Source: a virus (Duplodnaviria > Caudoviricetes). Taken from it: a DNA stretch of 64,000 nucleotides. The DNA is taken from IMG/VR virus record IMGVR_UViG_2593339225_000003, positions 1-64,000 of that record; one strand, given 5' to 3'. Below are positions 1 to 10,200 of the stretch, piece by piece; position 1 is the stretch's first letter, and each line of letters starts with the position of its first letter. Position numbers and translations under genes: made by a program. The notes beneath the pieces were generated by a model. It was not told the DNA's origin. It saw only the letters and a list, made by a program, of their open reading frames with translations, and did no database searches.

Positions 1-1167
1 TTACTTAACTAATTTTGCTTCAATACCATCAATAGTTTTTCCAAATATTCCTGCATATCCATCTTGTCCATTTGTGGTTTCAGTGTCGTATTGCCAGTCG
101 AGCCAGCCGCCGCCAAGCAGATGAACCCTGTATGCTACTCTATAATAGCCAAACTTATTTACAACATCTGAAGGGGTTTTGTAATACATTTTCACTGCAT
201 CAATAGCATTTCCTTTTTGTGCGGGATTTCCGTCGCCGGCATAACCATTATTATAATCTTTATAATTGAATCCAGTTACCTTGCCGAGCCAACCTTTGCC
301 CTTGACGTGTACACTATATTCGATAGTGCCTTTAGTAACTTTAGCCGCAAAAGCAACGAGAGCTTTTCCAAAAATGCCAGAATAATCCGCACCATTTTTA
401 ATTACACCAAGCCATTTGCCGTTTGTAACACCTTGCGTATAGATAATAGGCACATCTACACTTGGCATAGGAGTAGGCGTAGGCGTATCATTGCCGCCAG
501 AAGATTTTGACCAACCATTATAACCACCATTCTTAATGATGGTCGGATAATCTTTATAAGCCTTGTCTTTGTCGATAACACCAACGCCAGCAATACTATT
601 GCTCTCAATAAGATTTGTTTCTCCGCCATATTGCCACATTCCTAAATTATCCTCAGTGTAATCGGGGTATCTGCCCCATTCTGCGAGCCAAATGTCACAA
701 CTATTTACGACAGACTTTGAAAGATAATCACGAATGTCATAATAGCCAGTATATATCATTGGATAGTAACCTAACTTTTTCATTCCTTCTACCCAAACTT
801 TCGCGGTGTTAGTAATGATTGATGGAGTGTACTCCCAACTATTGAATCCAGCTTCTTCAATATCAATGGCGATAGGCAAAGTTGGCTTATATCCTTTAGC
901 TATCTGTTGTTTAATTAGTTTATCAGCGAACGCTACTTCCGCTTGCACCTCAGACGTTGTTGTTGCTTCTGTTAAAAGATATACACCCCACGGCATACCA
1001 AGTTGCTCCGCCTTTTTTACGTTGGCTGCAAATTGATTATCTGTAATTCTTGTGCCTTGACCGACCCGAATCATAACCCATCCATATCCAGCGTTTTTAA
1101 CTTTTGACATATTAATGTCGCCTTGTGCATAAGAAATATCTACACCTTTAGTTCCCTTAATGCTCAT
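1..1167 (-). CDS. Endolysin, GH25 muramidase with C-terminal cell-wall-binding domain
   Basis: N-terminal GVDISYAQG and IAIDIEE motifs of GH25 lysozymes; Pro/Thr linker; C-terminal domain (GWLGKVTG...DGYAGIFG) shared with the neighbouring CHAP lysin. Confidence 0.9.
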   Translation of the reverse strand: MSIKGTKGVDISYAQGDINMSKVKNAGYGWVMIRVGQGTRITDNQFAANVKKAEQLGMPWGVYLLTEATTTSEVQAEVAFADKLIKQQIAKGYKPTLPIAIDIEEAGFNSWEYTPSIITNTAKVWVEGMKKLGYYPMIYTGYYDIRDYLSKSVVNSCDIWLAEWGRYPDYTEDNLGMWQYGGETNLIESNSIAGVGVIDKDKAYKDYPTIIKNGGYNGWSKSSGGNDTPTPTPMPSVDVPIIYTQGVTNGKWLGVIKNGADYSGIFGKALVAFAAKVTKGTIEYSVHVKGKGWLGKVTGFNYKDYNNGYAGDGNPAQKGNAIDAVKMYYKTPSDVVNKFGYYRVAYRVHLLGGGWLDWQYDTETTNGQDGYAGIFGKTIDGIEAKLVK

Positions 1168-1180
1168 ATTCTCACCTCAA

Positions 1181-2140
1181 TTAAACCAAGCAAAGACATA
1201 ATTTATCCATTGCCACGCCAAATACTCCTGCATAGCCGTCCTGTCCGTTATCTGTGTCGGTGTCGATTTGCCAATCATAGTAAGTTGAAGCGTTGATTGG
1301 GCTTGTCTTATATTTAGCACAATAGTAAGTACCAGTGCTTCTAATACCGTCGGGAGTTGTATAATAAACTTTCAGAGCATCAATCGGTTTGCCGTTTCCT
1401 GCATATCCATTGACGGGTTCTTTATAGTTCCAGCCAGTCACCTTGCCGAGCCAGCCACCGCCTTTAACGTGAGCTTGATACCAAACAGAACCTTTATCTA
1501 CCTTAACGGCTACTTTGGTGATTGCGTGTCCATCTTTTCCTGCACTTCCTGCATTTTTAGCAACAGGTAGCCAACCATCCTCGGCGGTACAAACCTGAAA
1601 ATAGATATTAGGTTTACTTGTATTTGTTGAAGGCTTTGTTGATGAACCTCCGCCGGAATTTGAAGAATCATATTTCGGACGACCGCAGCAAGAAATCTGA
1701 TATGAATATCTTGTACGCACTAAGCACTCACCATATGCGGAACTACCAGTGTTACCCTCGATTGTTGTGTATGTACCGTCGCTATTTGCGCTGATGATGA
1801 TACCAACGTGGTCAAGAGTGTAAACACCGGGAACGCTTGAACTTGAGTCATTAGACCAGTGGAAAAACACTACGTCGCCAGCCTTATATCCGCTCTTGAC
1901 TAATTGCCCTTTGTCATAGAAACCTCTTGCGAGAACGCCGCAGTTTGCGGATTTTACGGGAATTAAATTACTTGCACCCGCTTGGTTGAACCAATAGCAA
2001 ACAGTTGCCGCGCACCAAGCTACGTCGCCGCCAACATTATAACCATAGAACCAGTTGTTAGGTGTACAAGAATAAGCAGTCGCTTTGTAGCCTTGTAATT
2101 TCTTAGCAGTTGTAATTAATTGATTTGCTGTAATTGCCAT
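1181..2140 (-). CDS. Second lysin, CHAP-domain amidase/peptidase with the same C-terminal binding domain
   Basis: AWCAATV, DHVGII and TIEGNT CHAP motifs. Start moved to the ATG at 2140 behind AAGGAG (ORF track gives 2191). Confidence 0.85.
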   Translation of the reverse strand: MAITANQLITTAKKLQGYKATAYSCTPNNWFYGYNVGGDVAWCAATVCYWFNQAGASNLIPVKSANCGVLARGFYDKGQLVKSGYKAGDVVFFHWSNDSSSSVPGVYTLDHVGIIISANSDGTYTTIEGNTGSSAYGECLVRTRYSYQISCCGRPKYDSSNSGGGSSTKPSTNTSKPNIYFQVCTAEDGWLPVAKNAGSAGKDGHAITKVAVKVDKGSVWYQAHVKGGGWLGKVTGWNYKEPVNGYAGNGKPIDALKVYYTTPDGIRSTGTYYCAKYKTSPINASTYYDWQIDTDTDNGQDGYAGVFGVAMDKLCLCLV

Positions 2141-2197
2141 AATTGCCATCTCCTTTTTATTAAAAAAATAAGAGCCTTGCCGGATTAGCAAGACAAT

Positions 2198-2599
2198 TTA
2201 TTGGTTGATATTATCACTTTGTCCCTCTGTATTTTCCACCACAATGTTGCGGAGTTCTTTTAAGGAAGAATTAATTGCTTCATCAATAAATTCAATGATT
2301 TTTTCTTGGTCGGCGGCTTTTGCAAGAATGGGATAATCCGCGAAAATCTTTTGAATTACTTGTGACCTCTTGATAGAGCCAGACTTTTGCCATTCGGTGT
2401 AATCCAATTCCGCCTCCGTAATCAGTTTTAGAACGACCTGCGAAATCTGTTTCTTAGCAACTTCAATTTTCTCGATATTTGATTTATTGAAATAACTCCG
2501 CGCTTTTTGAACAATAGCGATAATTAACGAAATAATAATAAAGATTGCTGTCCAGTTATCATTGATAAACTGTAAAAAATTCTGAATACCGTTTAACAT
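2198..2599 (-). CDS. Holin (LL-H-like)
   Basis: One N-terminal transmembrane segment, G-x-x-K-R motif and C-terminal IDEA; directly upstream of the lysins. Confidence 0.7.
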   Translation of the reverse strand: MLNGIQNFLQFINDNWTAIFIIISLIIAIVQKARSYFNKSNIEKIEVAKKQISQVVLKLITEAELDYTEWQKSGSIKRSQVIQKIFADYPILAKAADQEKIIEFIDEAINSSLKELRNIVVENTEGQSDNINQ

Positions 2600-2601
2600 T
2601 T

Positions 2602-3051
2602 TTATTCCTCCGTGTCATATTCATTTCTGTCGGTGAGAATGTCACCATTTTTGAGCGGAACAGGCTCTTGACAATCAACTTCCGCCGAAAGTATATCGTT
2701 AAGTGTTCCGAACTTCTCTCTCTTAAATTTCATTTCTTCTTCTGATTTTTTACCTTTGTATGCTTTCATACAATAGATTCCGTAGATTAGAATTTGCGCG
2801 GCGATGTCTGTAATAAGAACTCCGAGATATGAAAGGTCGGCAAATTTCCACATTGAAATCATTGCATAAACTACAATGGCATTTAATAAAATAAACAAGT
2901 AAATCGCAATCAACTTACTTGTTTCTATGTGGATTTTTTTCTTATATTTTAATTTTTCCGCCCGCAAGTTGCGCTTCAATAGTTTTTGGCGATTCTCTCT
3001 CTTTATCTTCTCTAACCCTGCTGCATATTTATCATTCGTTAGGTATTTCAT
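2602..3051 (-). CDS. Two-TM membrane protein of the lysis module (holin/antiholin-like)
   Basis: Two hydrophobic segments; adjacent to the holin. Confidence 0.5.
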   Translation of the reverse strand: MKYLTNDKYAAGLEKIKRENRQKLLKRNLRAEKLKYKKKIHIETSKLIAIYLFILLNAIVVYAMISMWKFADLSYLGVLITDIAAQILIYGIYCMKAYKGKKSEEEMKFKREKFGTLNDILSAEVDCQEPVPLKNGDILTDRNEYDTEE

Positions 3052-3065
3052 AAAATCACCTTATT

Positions 3066-3464
3066 TCATAATAATTCTTTTGCAACCAATAAATATGTTT
3101 TTTTATCTTGGTAATACAATGATTCTAAAAACCCATATGTATTCATTGGTCTAAATTTTTGCAAAATATCTTTTGCAATAAAAATATAATTGATTTTAGA
3201 AGTTTCATCCTCGCAATTACCATAATATGATAGCCATTTTGAAGGATGTTGCTCATTGTGTATTGGATTATATTTATCAATCAAAAACCCTTCATATATT
3301 TCTGCTAAATATTGAGTTGCTATTTTTGCGATATAAATACCAGCTATTTCATCAGCCCAATATTCCTTTTTCAAATGGTCATTATTTCTGCGCTGAATAT
3401 CATTGGTTTCTCCAATATATATAATAGTTCCTGCGTGATTAATATAAAAATATAAATAATGCAA
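3066..3464 (-). CDS. Small GIY-YIG nuclease-domain protein
   Basis: YLY...IYIGET...RR...H, conserved E and P-x-HN; lower GC than its neighbours. Confidence 0.7.
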   Translation of the reverse strand: MHYLYFYINHAGTIIYIGETNDIQRRNNDHLKKEYWADEIAGIYIAKIATQYLAEIYEGFLIDKYNPIHNEQHPSKWLSYYGNCEDETSKINYIFIAKDILQKFRPMNTYGFLESLYYQDKKTYLLVAKELL

Positions 3465-3465
3465 T

Positions 3466-3894
3466 TTATCGCCTCACTTTATAATGCGGTTTTTCTTCAT
3501 CAAACAACCAATATCGCAGAAAGTCGTCTGCAACAATAGCTAAAAGAGATAGCAAAAACCACAGAAAAGAATATAATAAGCAAATCTGCCCTAAGATATT
3601 AAATGGTTGATTGCTATAATCCCACACCTCCAGTTTGAATATTAGGTTAATTGCCACACCTGCCAAAAATTCTATTGCAGTAATACCAACTGAGCATATT
3701 AGCATTTGTTTCCATAATGGCATATCCCAATCAAACCATTCGTTGATTCCGCCGCAAAATATAAAACAAATTCCACCGACAATAAACATAGTCCAATGGC
3801 TATGACCGCGCCACAACATTTCAATGCAAAAATATGTCGCCCCGCCAATTAAGAACAAGACGACATATTTGAATATCATTTTAAGTTTCATCAT
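3466..3894 (-). CDS. Four-TM membrane protein (putative ABC-permease/CmpB-like family seen in phage tail regions)
   Basis: IEMLWRGHSHWTM, VWDYSNQPFNILGQIC motifs; four hydrophobic helices. Confidence 0.65.
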   Translation of the reverse strand: MMKLKMIFKYVVLFLIGGATYFCIEMLWRGHSHWTMFIVGGICFIFCGGINEWFDWDMPLWKQMLICSVGITAIEFLAGVAINLIFKLEVWDYSNQPFNILGQICLLYSFLWFLLSLLAIVADDFLRYWLFDEEKPHYKVRR

Positions 3895-4627
3895 TTCTAT
3901 TTATTTCCTTCCAAACATCAGACTGATATTTTTCGGGTATATCCATACCATAAGTGACCCTACTAATAGTGTTCAGTGAACGTAAGGAATTAATATAAGC
4001 CTTGAGGCTATTAAAATATGTTGTATGATATGCAATGTATTGTGTTGCGGCATTTGCTATCGCAATAATATCTACGGCGGGATAGAATTTACATAATTCT
4101 CCATCTTCGTGATAAGGTAATACTTCTTGACTAGAACGTGCCAAAGTTTCTAACTTGAACAGATTTAGTTGGTCGTACTCCGTTAAAGAAAAATGATGTG
4201 TTTCCTCGTCAGAAAGAACCACATCAATTCCTGCAAATATTATATTGTTACAAGTATTGCTCATATCTTTGAGTTTTAGTTTCTTTGCATATGCTACTGT
4301 AATATCTTCCGGCTCTGGTTCTGACTCGGGGCTTGGCTCTGGCTCGGGATATGGCTCAATTTCTTCATCGTGTTCAATCAACTCATATAGTTCGTCATAT
4401 TCTTCTTTATCAATCTCAATAACATCGGCTGTAATTGCACCAATATCTTCTCGAACAACCTTCATCCAACCTGCGTGATAATAATTATCTTCAATTTGAA
4501 TACATTCAGCTTCTTGCTCGGTACAAGATATTAAAATATTATGCCGCAACTGTATCTTCCGAAGTTCCGAAGTCGTTGCTATCCCAACGAAAAACTGCCC
4601 ATTTATCACCTTGTAATATTTCATCAC
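3881..4627 (-). CDS. Tail-fibre-associated protein (DUF4376-like)
   Basis: HFSLTEYDQLNL, YHEDGELCKFY and YHTTYFNSLKAYI motifs; PE-rich linker; overlaps the RT 3' end. Confidence 0.55.
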   Translation of the reverse strand: MMKYYKVINGQFFVGIATTSELRKIQLRHNILISCTEQEAECIQIEDNYYHAGWMKVVREDIGAITADVIEIDKEEYDELYELIEHDEEIEPYPEPEPSPESEPEPEDITVAYAKKLKLKDMSNTCNNIIFAGIDVVLSDEETHHFSLTEYDQLNLFKLETLARSSQEVLPYHEDGELCKFYPAVDIIAIANAATQYIAYHTTYFNSLKAYINSLRSLNTISRVTYGMDIPEKYQSDVWKEINRNDET

Positions 4628-5867
4628 TCAACCCTCCTTGTTTTAATTTTCTAAAATACGTTTTAGTTATTTTATAACCGCCAAATAATTCATCATATAA
4701 CTTTAACATACTTTTAACTGTGTGGTAAGACTGAGCTAATTTGGCGTGTGCCAACCACGATTGCATTGAATTATACACATCGTCCAACTCCATTACGCCA
4801 TTATCGACTTTTATTTTGAACTTTTTAAGTTTTCTTCTCATTCTAACTATCCCACTTCTTACCAGTGTTTTCACAAGACGTTTTCCAACAACGCGATATT
4901 TTATTTTTAGAAAAGAAAATTCTTTTGTTGCTTTTACAATTTTTGTTTTCTTTTCGTTAAAGGTTAATCCTAATGTATCACACACTTCTTTCATACCTTT
5001 ATATAATTCTTGTAAAACTTCTTTACTTTGATGAATTATTATTCCGTCATCCATATATCTTACATAACGTTTCATACTTCGTTTGTCTTTGATATAATGG
5101 TCTAATTTATTTGGAACTACTAAAGCAAGGATTTGAGATATTTGACTTCCGAGGCAAATACCTTTCATTTGATTATTTTCAAGAGCTTTTAACGAAAATT
5201 CTCTTTCTGCATTATTTTTGATTTTCAATAAATCTGGTCTTTGATATGATTTTACAACTTCCATAATAAGATTAACGATGCGCTTATCTTCATAATATTC
5301 ATTGAGAACATTATAACAAGTTGAATGTGGAATACTATCGAAAAAACTCTTAAAATCAAAAGTGAGGATATAAAAATCCTCACCATAATCTTTAATAGAT
5401 TCTCTTAAAAAATTTTCTGCCCTTCTTCGAGCAAAATCAGCGCCTTTTCCCTCGGTACTCGCTCCATTATCATAAATTAAAGTCGGTCTTATCATAGGTA
5501 TCATCGAATAGTCACAAATAACACGCTGAGTAATCCTATCACTAAATTGTATAGGTGTGATTATTCGTTCTTTACCTCTTTCAAATAAAGTAATATGAGA
5601 GGTGTTCTCTAATGGCGGCAACTTATAATTATCTATATAGTCCAGCGTTTTAGATATTTGCGTCATTGAAGTTTGGCAGTATTTTTGCGGTTTGCCTTTC
5701 CACATAACACCTTTTCTATATTTCTTTATTGAATTATAATAATGTTGCATAGTCATTACTTTATCATAATCATCTGCTTTTATAGTTTTAACTCGTGCGG
5801 CTTTCTTTTCTGCTCTACGAATTTTGTCACGTTCAATCCTTGCTCTAATTCTTTCTTGTTGATTCAA
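4539..5867 (-). CDS. DGR reverse transcriptase (442 aa)
   Basis: RT motifs FDFKSFFDSI, GICLGSQISQ, YVRYMDD and FSFL; ERGKERII and SWLAHAK are typical of DGR RTs; downstream of TR and avd; TTG start. Confidence 0.95.
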   Translation of the reverse strand: MNQQERIRARIERDKIRRAEKKAARVKTIKADDYDKVMTMQHYYNSIKKYRKGVMWKGKPQKYCQTSMTQISKTLDYIDNYKLPPLENTSHITLFERGKERIITPIQFSDRITQRVICDYSMIPMIRPTLIYDNGASTEGKGADFARRRAENFLRESIKDYGEDFYILTFDFKSFFDSIPHSTCYNVLNEYYEDKRIVNLIMEVVKSYQRPDLLKIKNNAEREFSLKALENNQMKGICLGSQISQILALVVPNKLDHYIKDKRSMKRYVRYMDDGIIIHQSKEVLQELYKGMKEVCDTLGLTFNEKKTKIVKATKEFSFLKIKYRVVGKRLVKTLVRSGIVRMRRKLKKFKIKVDNGVMELDDVYNSMQSWLAHAKLAQSYHTVKSMLKLYDELFGGYKITKTYFRKLKQGGLSDEILQGDKWAVFRWDSNDFGTSEDTVAA

Positions 5868-6181
5868 GAATATTACCTACCTTTCTGGTTTTCCTTCGTT
5901 TAGCCTGATATATTTTGCTGAAACTAGCTAACATAGTTGAGCATAAAAATAAGTTCAGCAAGTGCTTATCTATGCAAGAAGCGTTCCGCTCAACCGTAAC
6001 GAATCGCCACCATAGCGAGTTTTTGTTAAACACAAAAACGTATAATTTACTATCATTAGATAGAGGGTTAAACTCTCCTTCTCAATTCAATAAATCAATA
6101 CTAGTTCACAAAGAATTAATAAAAATTCAAAAAGAATAAAGATTCTTAATTCACACATAATACATTGCTACTTATGAATGG

Positions 6182-6310
6182 GAATCAGGGGCGCACGCCA
6201 CTCCAGGAGTTCGCGTTGTTGTTGTTGGTAACTCCATTGTTGTTCACATTTCAGAAGTTGTTGGTGTTACCAGTATTCGGGGAACGCAACCAATAGTTGT
6301 TCGCGCTAAT
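6182..6310 (-). ncRNA. DGR template repeat (TR)
   Basis: Gap-free match to 7250-7378; 15 AAC/AAT codons in the target frame; 19 of 21 mismatches to VR are at TR adenines on the minus strand. Confidence 0.95.
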
Positions 6311-6343
6311 ATAGAATTTAACCAATTTTTATATTAAGAAAGT

Positions 6344-7138
6344 TTACAAAATCGCTTTTTTATCGGATTTCTGCAAACCTTTTAATAACTTAATTTCATC
6401 ATTTAATAATTCAGACCATTCCCTCATTACTCTATCACTATATCCCATAGTGTTAAAGTACGACAACATTGGTCTTTGAATTTCATCTAAACAATGCAAT
6501 GCTCTTTTTAACTTGTTTTTCCTGTTTTGATATTCTTCTTTTGTTTTTGGGAAGAAAGTGCTTGCGGTCATTGTATTATAAAATGCTTCATCAATTAATT
6601 CGATAATTAAAGGCGTTTCACCATTATCTAAAAAATTTTTCGCTTTAATTGCTTTTCCGTGAACATACCTATGTAATGCACACATATTTTTTAATACTTG
6701 AAATTTATTCATTTTCTCCCAATCAAGCACTTTAACCCTAAAATCGGATTTATCATTATCATCTTCAATCATACCATTTAGTAATGCAATTTCTTTATTT
6801 AATGGGTCGCACCACCTACACTGTTTATCAAAAGGTAATGACATAATATTAGAATACACCATAATCGCTTTTTCGAAATTTTCTATTTTTTCTAATGCGT
6901 ATTTTATTCGCTTTTGCTTCTCATCTTTTTTATCTTTCTGTTTTGCAAAAAGATTTAATTGTACTATCATTAAATCATTATAGATTGAATTGTTTAACCA
7001 TATAATTTTTGGACAAATAAAATCTTTCCGCCTTTTGGAAGCTTTTGACAATAATCGTCTCGAATCAGCATAAAAGAGCGAGAATGTTTGTTCAAACTCG
7101 CTCTTTGCTATATGTCGTTTAGCTTTAATTACGCTCAT
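6344..7138 (-). CDS. avd: DGR accessory protein Avd, tandem two-domain form (264 aa)
   Basis: Between VR and TR; MSVIKAKR start behind AAAGGAG; basic; two similar helical halves ending RWCDPLNKEIALLNGM and EWSELLNDEIKLLKGL. Confidence 0.75.
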   Translation of the reverse strand: MSVIKAKRHIAKSEFEQTFSLFYADSRRLLSKASKRRKDFICPKIIWLNNSIYNDLMIVQLNLFAKQKDKKDEKQKRIKYALEKIENFEKAIMVYSNIMSLPFDKQCRWCDPLNKEIALLNGMIEDDNDKSDFRVKVLDWEKMNKFQVLKNMCALHRYVHGKAIKAKNFLDNGETPLIIELIDEAFYNTMTASTFFPKTKEEYQNRKNKLKRALHCLDEIQRPMLSYFNTMGYSDRVMREWSELLNDEIKLLKGLQKSDKKAIL

Positions 7139-7168
7139 AATATTTCTCCTTTTGGCATACACAATAAC

Positions 7169-7210
7169 ACCCTACAAGCGGTAAGCAAGTTACCGCCAGA
7201 TTTGTAGGGT
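7169..7210. promoter_or_regulatory. Hairpin/cruciform just downstream of VR (candidate DGR target-recognition element)
   Basis: ACCCTACAA (7169-7177) pairs with TTGTAGGGT (7202-7210); GCGGTAA (7178-7184) pairs with TTACCGC (7190-7196); 5-nt loop. Confidence 0.7.
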
Positions 7211-7222
7211 TTAATGAATAGT

Positions 7223-10200
7223 TTATTCTGTGGTAGCCACATAAAATGAGAAGCAGGGGCGCACGCCACTCCAGAGGTTCGCGGTGTTGGGGGAGGTAAC
7301 TCCATAGTTGCCCACACTCCAGAAGGCGTGGGCGTAACCAGTATCCGGGGAACGCAACCAATAGGTGTACGCGCTAATCCAACCACCGACACGCTCTGTT
7401 CCCTGAGTAATCCAAGTGATAGGCGATAGGTTCTTCTTCCTTATGGTTTGCGCGGATAAATAAATCCTACAAGCATTACTGTTATCAATATACCAAACAT
7501 CATATTCACTAACTCCATTTGGATTATTGTCCGCATCGTAAAATCCCTTGCTCTGACCAAAAATCGGCTCGCTTGAACCCGTGTGTTTAGCATTACCATT
7601 TGCAAGTAATGATGTATCGAGAGTAATAACATCTCTGAAACATACTCTACGCATTTGAGTAGTGTTCCAACCAATAAAACTACCCTCAGAAACATATGGG
7701 GTATTCTTTGTCTCGTTATTATCTATGGCTTCTCTATAACAAGGAATATAAACATAACTATCATAATTCGTGACATTAGTTGACCTATTACCTTCCGTAG
7801 ATGGCACTTTAACCTGCGCAATAAGACTTCTAATCTCATCTGGAATAGCAGGATAAAATTTATGTTGCATAAAGTAGTGCATTGAAGCTTGATATTTTGC
7901 CTCTGTTGAAGTATTGCCACCCCAACCGCCGACATTTACATTATCGACATTCATTCTATGTAAATATCTCATTAGATTATTTGAAACGAATGAAGCATTA
8001 GCTCTTGTTGAAGAATCAGAAAGAATATAAGGACTTCCGAATAGAGTTCCCGCCGAGTCTAACTGAACTTCAAAATATTCCTGTCTATCTTCGTCACGTG
8101 TCCAAGAAGCAAGTTTTCTTGCGACGGTATCGCCTAAATCATCATACCAAATCTTGCACCAATAAATAATGCCAGCACCAATATATGTAGAATTAGTTGT
8201 AGCAGAATATATTTCATTTTCAGAGTCGTATTCTGCAATACCGCCAAATACAAGCGGAGCATTTGTATTGCTGAATGACGTTCTTGTAAGAGTTGCAGTA
8301 ACAACATCATCTGAATAGTTATTAGCATCTACTGTGCCGCCATTAAAAGCATATATATGCAATTCATTGCTACCTTGAACGTGACGTAATACAACCATAT
8401 CTCTATTAAGTGAGGTTGTGACATTTTGGTTTTTATCTCCCCAAAGAATATTTGCTTTATTAGAATTATACCTCAAAGCAAATCCGTCATTGCCATTGTC
8501 TGGATTTTCAAAACAAGAAACCAATGTCTTTTTATCTGCCGGAGCATAATCATTAGCATCATTTGCGAATTGATAATCAATAGCCATAGTGAATGATGGC
8601 GCATCTGCGGAGAATAATTTAATTTGATTACCTTGACCGTCAGTTGGAATAACGGCAGTTAATCCATCCAAATGTAATTCTTCGCCAAGCGGAACAAGGA
8701 CTTCTTCATTGACATTTGAGAAAGTATAATCGTGACCCATAATAAAGTCAAAATAATCTTTATCATCAAAGAAAGTAGTAGCTTCGCCGTTAGCACAAAC
8801 CGCTGCAATTTCAGCAGTCGTCATATTATTCAGCGTTTTCCTGTTACCCATCATATCTTCGAGGATTAGATTATCGCTATTCTTATATATTTTAGCGTAA
8901 TCCCAAACTGCATAAACATTTGTATCTTCTGTGATACTACCAGTAGAATCACTCCAAGAAGAAAATACATAACTTTCCATATAAGTTACATTACCAGAAG
9001 AAACATTCCTACAAACAACTTTTTGCAAAGCATCATAAGAAATTTCCGCGCCATATTGAACGTTTGTTTCAGTGTGCAACAATGTTTTGTTTGCACTATT
9101 ACTTTTTGAGTTCCACTTTCCAGAGGTAATATTTGAATTAACAGGAGAAGTGTACCAATTAACAGTAAATGTTCTCAATGTACTTGTATAAACAGCAATC
9201 AAAGTAATATTAGAAGATAATACGCGCCCAAAAGTATATTCTCCGCCAACAGTATTGTTTACAAATGTAGCCCAATGACTAAATGTGTAATCATATTTCG
9301 CAGAGCTTGCTTTTGTAGGAGTATTAACATATCCTTCTGTAATTGGATTATATGTCGCACTTTCTCCATCAACCCATTCTACATATGGAGTATTATCTGT
9401 ATTCGATAAAATTGGGGTTTTATCGTCATTCAAGAATGTGATACTATACTCAGGAACAACAAGTGTTGCATCAATTACGAAATCATCTCCCCATTTTTCG
9501 TGATACTTTTGAACGTATCTATATGGGATTCTGTCAATTCTAGTCGTACCCTTTAGAGTAACGTTAGTGATTGTATAGAGTTTTTCGATTAAGAAATCCT
9601 GCGGAGAAGTAAAATCAACATCTGAAAAAGTCCAATCAAATCCTGTTAAATACAGATAATTTAGATAACCCGCAAGATTGCCCATAAGAGTTTTGGTATC
9701 AAGAATACCATTAACAATAGTCGCGCTACGCATACTGCTATATGAGGGCATATCAAAATTCTCATCTTCAAGATTATTCAAGTTCCTCATAATAATTGAA
9801 CTCATAGAAGTCGGTAGTTCAACATCATTTACTTTTCCGTAATTAGCAAACAACACTTCTGTAATATTACTTCCACTTGCATAGAACTTTTCAAGATTTC
9901 CGCAATTTGTTAGGTCGATAGAAGCATCTGTGAAAGTATTACAATTTTCAATATTTAATTCTTCAAGAATCGGGTTATTACTCAAAGCTAATGCTGTGAT
10001 ATAACTTCTATATCCAAGAGTATCATTACCGATAATTAATTTACGAAGTTTAGTGGCTTTACTAAAATCGTTATCCTCGATATAGCACGGCGAAAGGTCG
10101 CTCAACTCTTGAATATGTGAACCGCAGTAAATCTTAACCATAGTATTACTCATATTTCTTCCGGCAGGACATTCAATAGTATATGATTGCCCAGCTTTAG

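Noticed and set aside
4539-5867. RT as a group II intron, retron or Abi RT
   Set aside because: A TR/VR pair with adenine-specific differences and an avd gene are adjacent; no group II domain V or msr-msd was seen.
6185-6253. TGA-to-Trp recoding suggested by TGA codons in TR
   Set aside because: ORFs are long and tightly packed under code 11, and TGA ends genes normally (for example at 34536).
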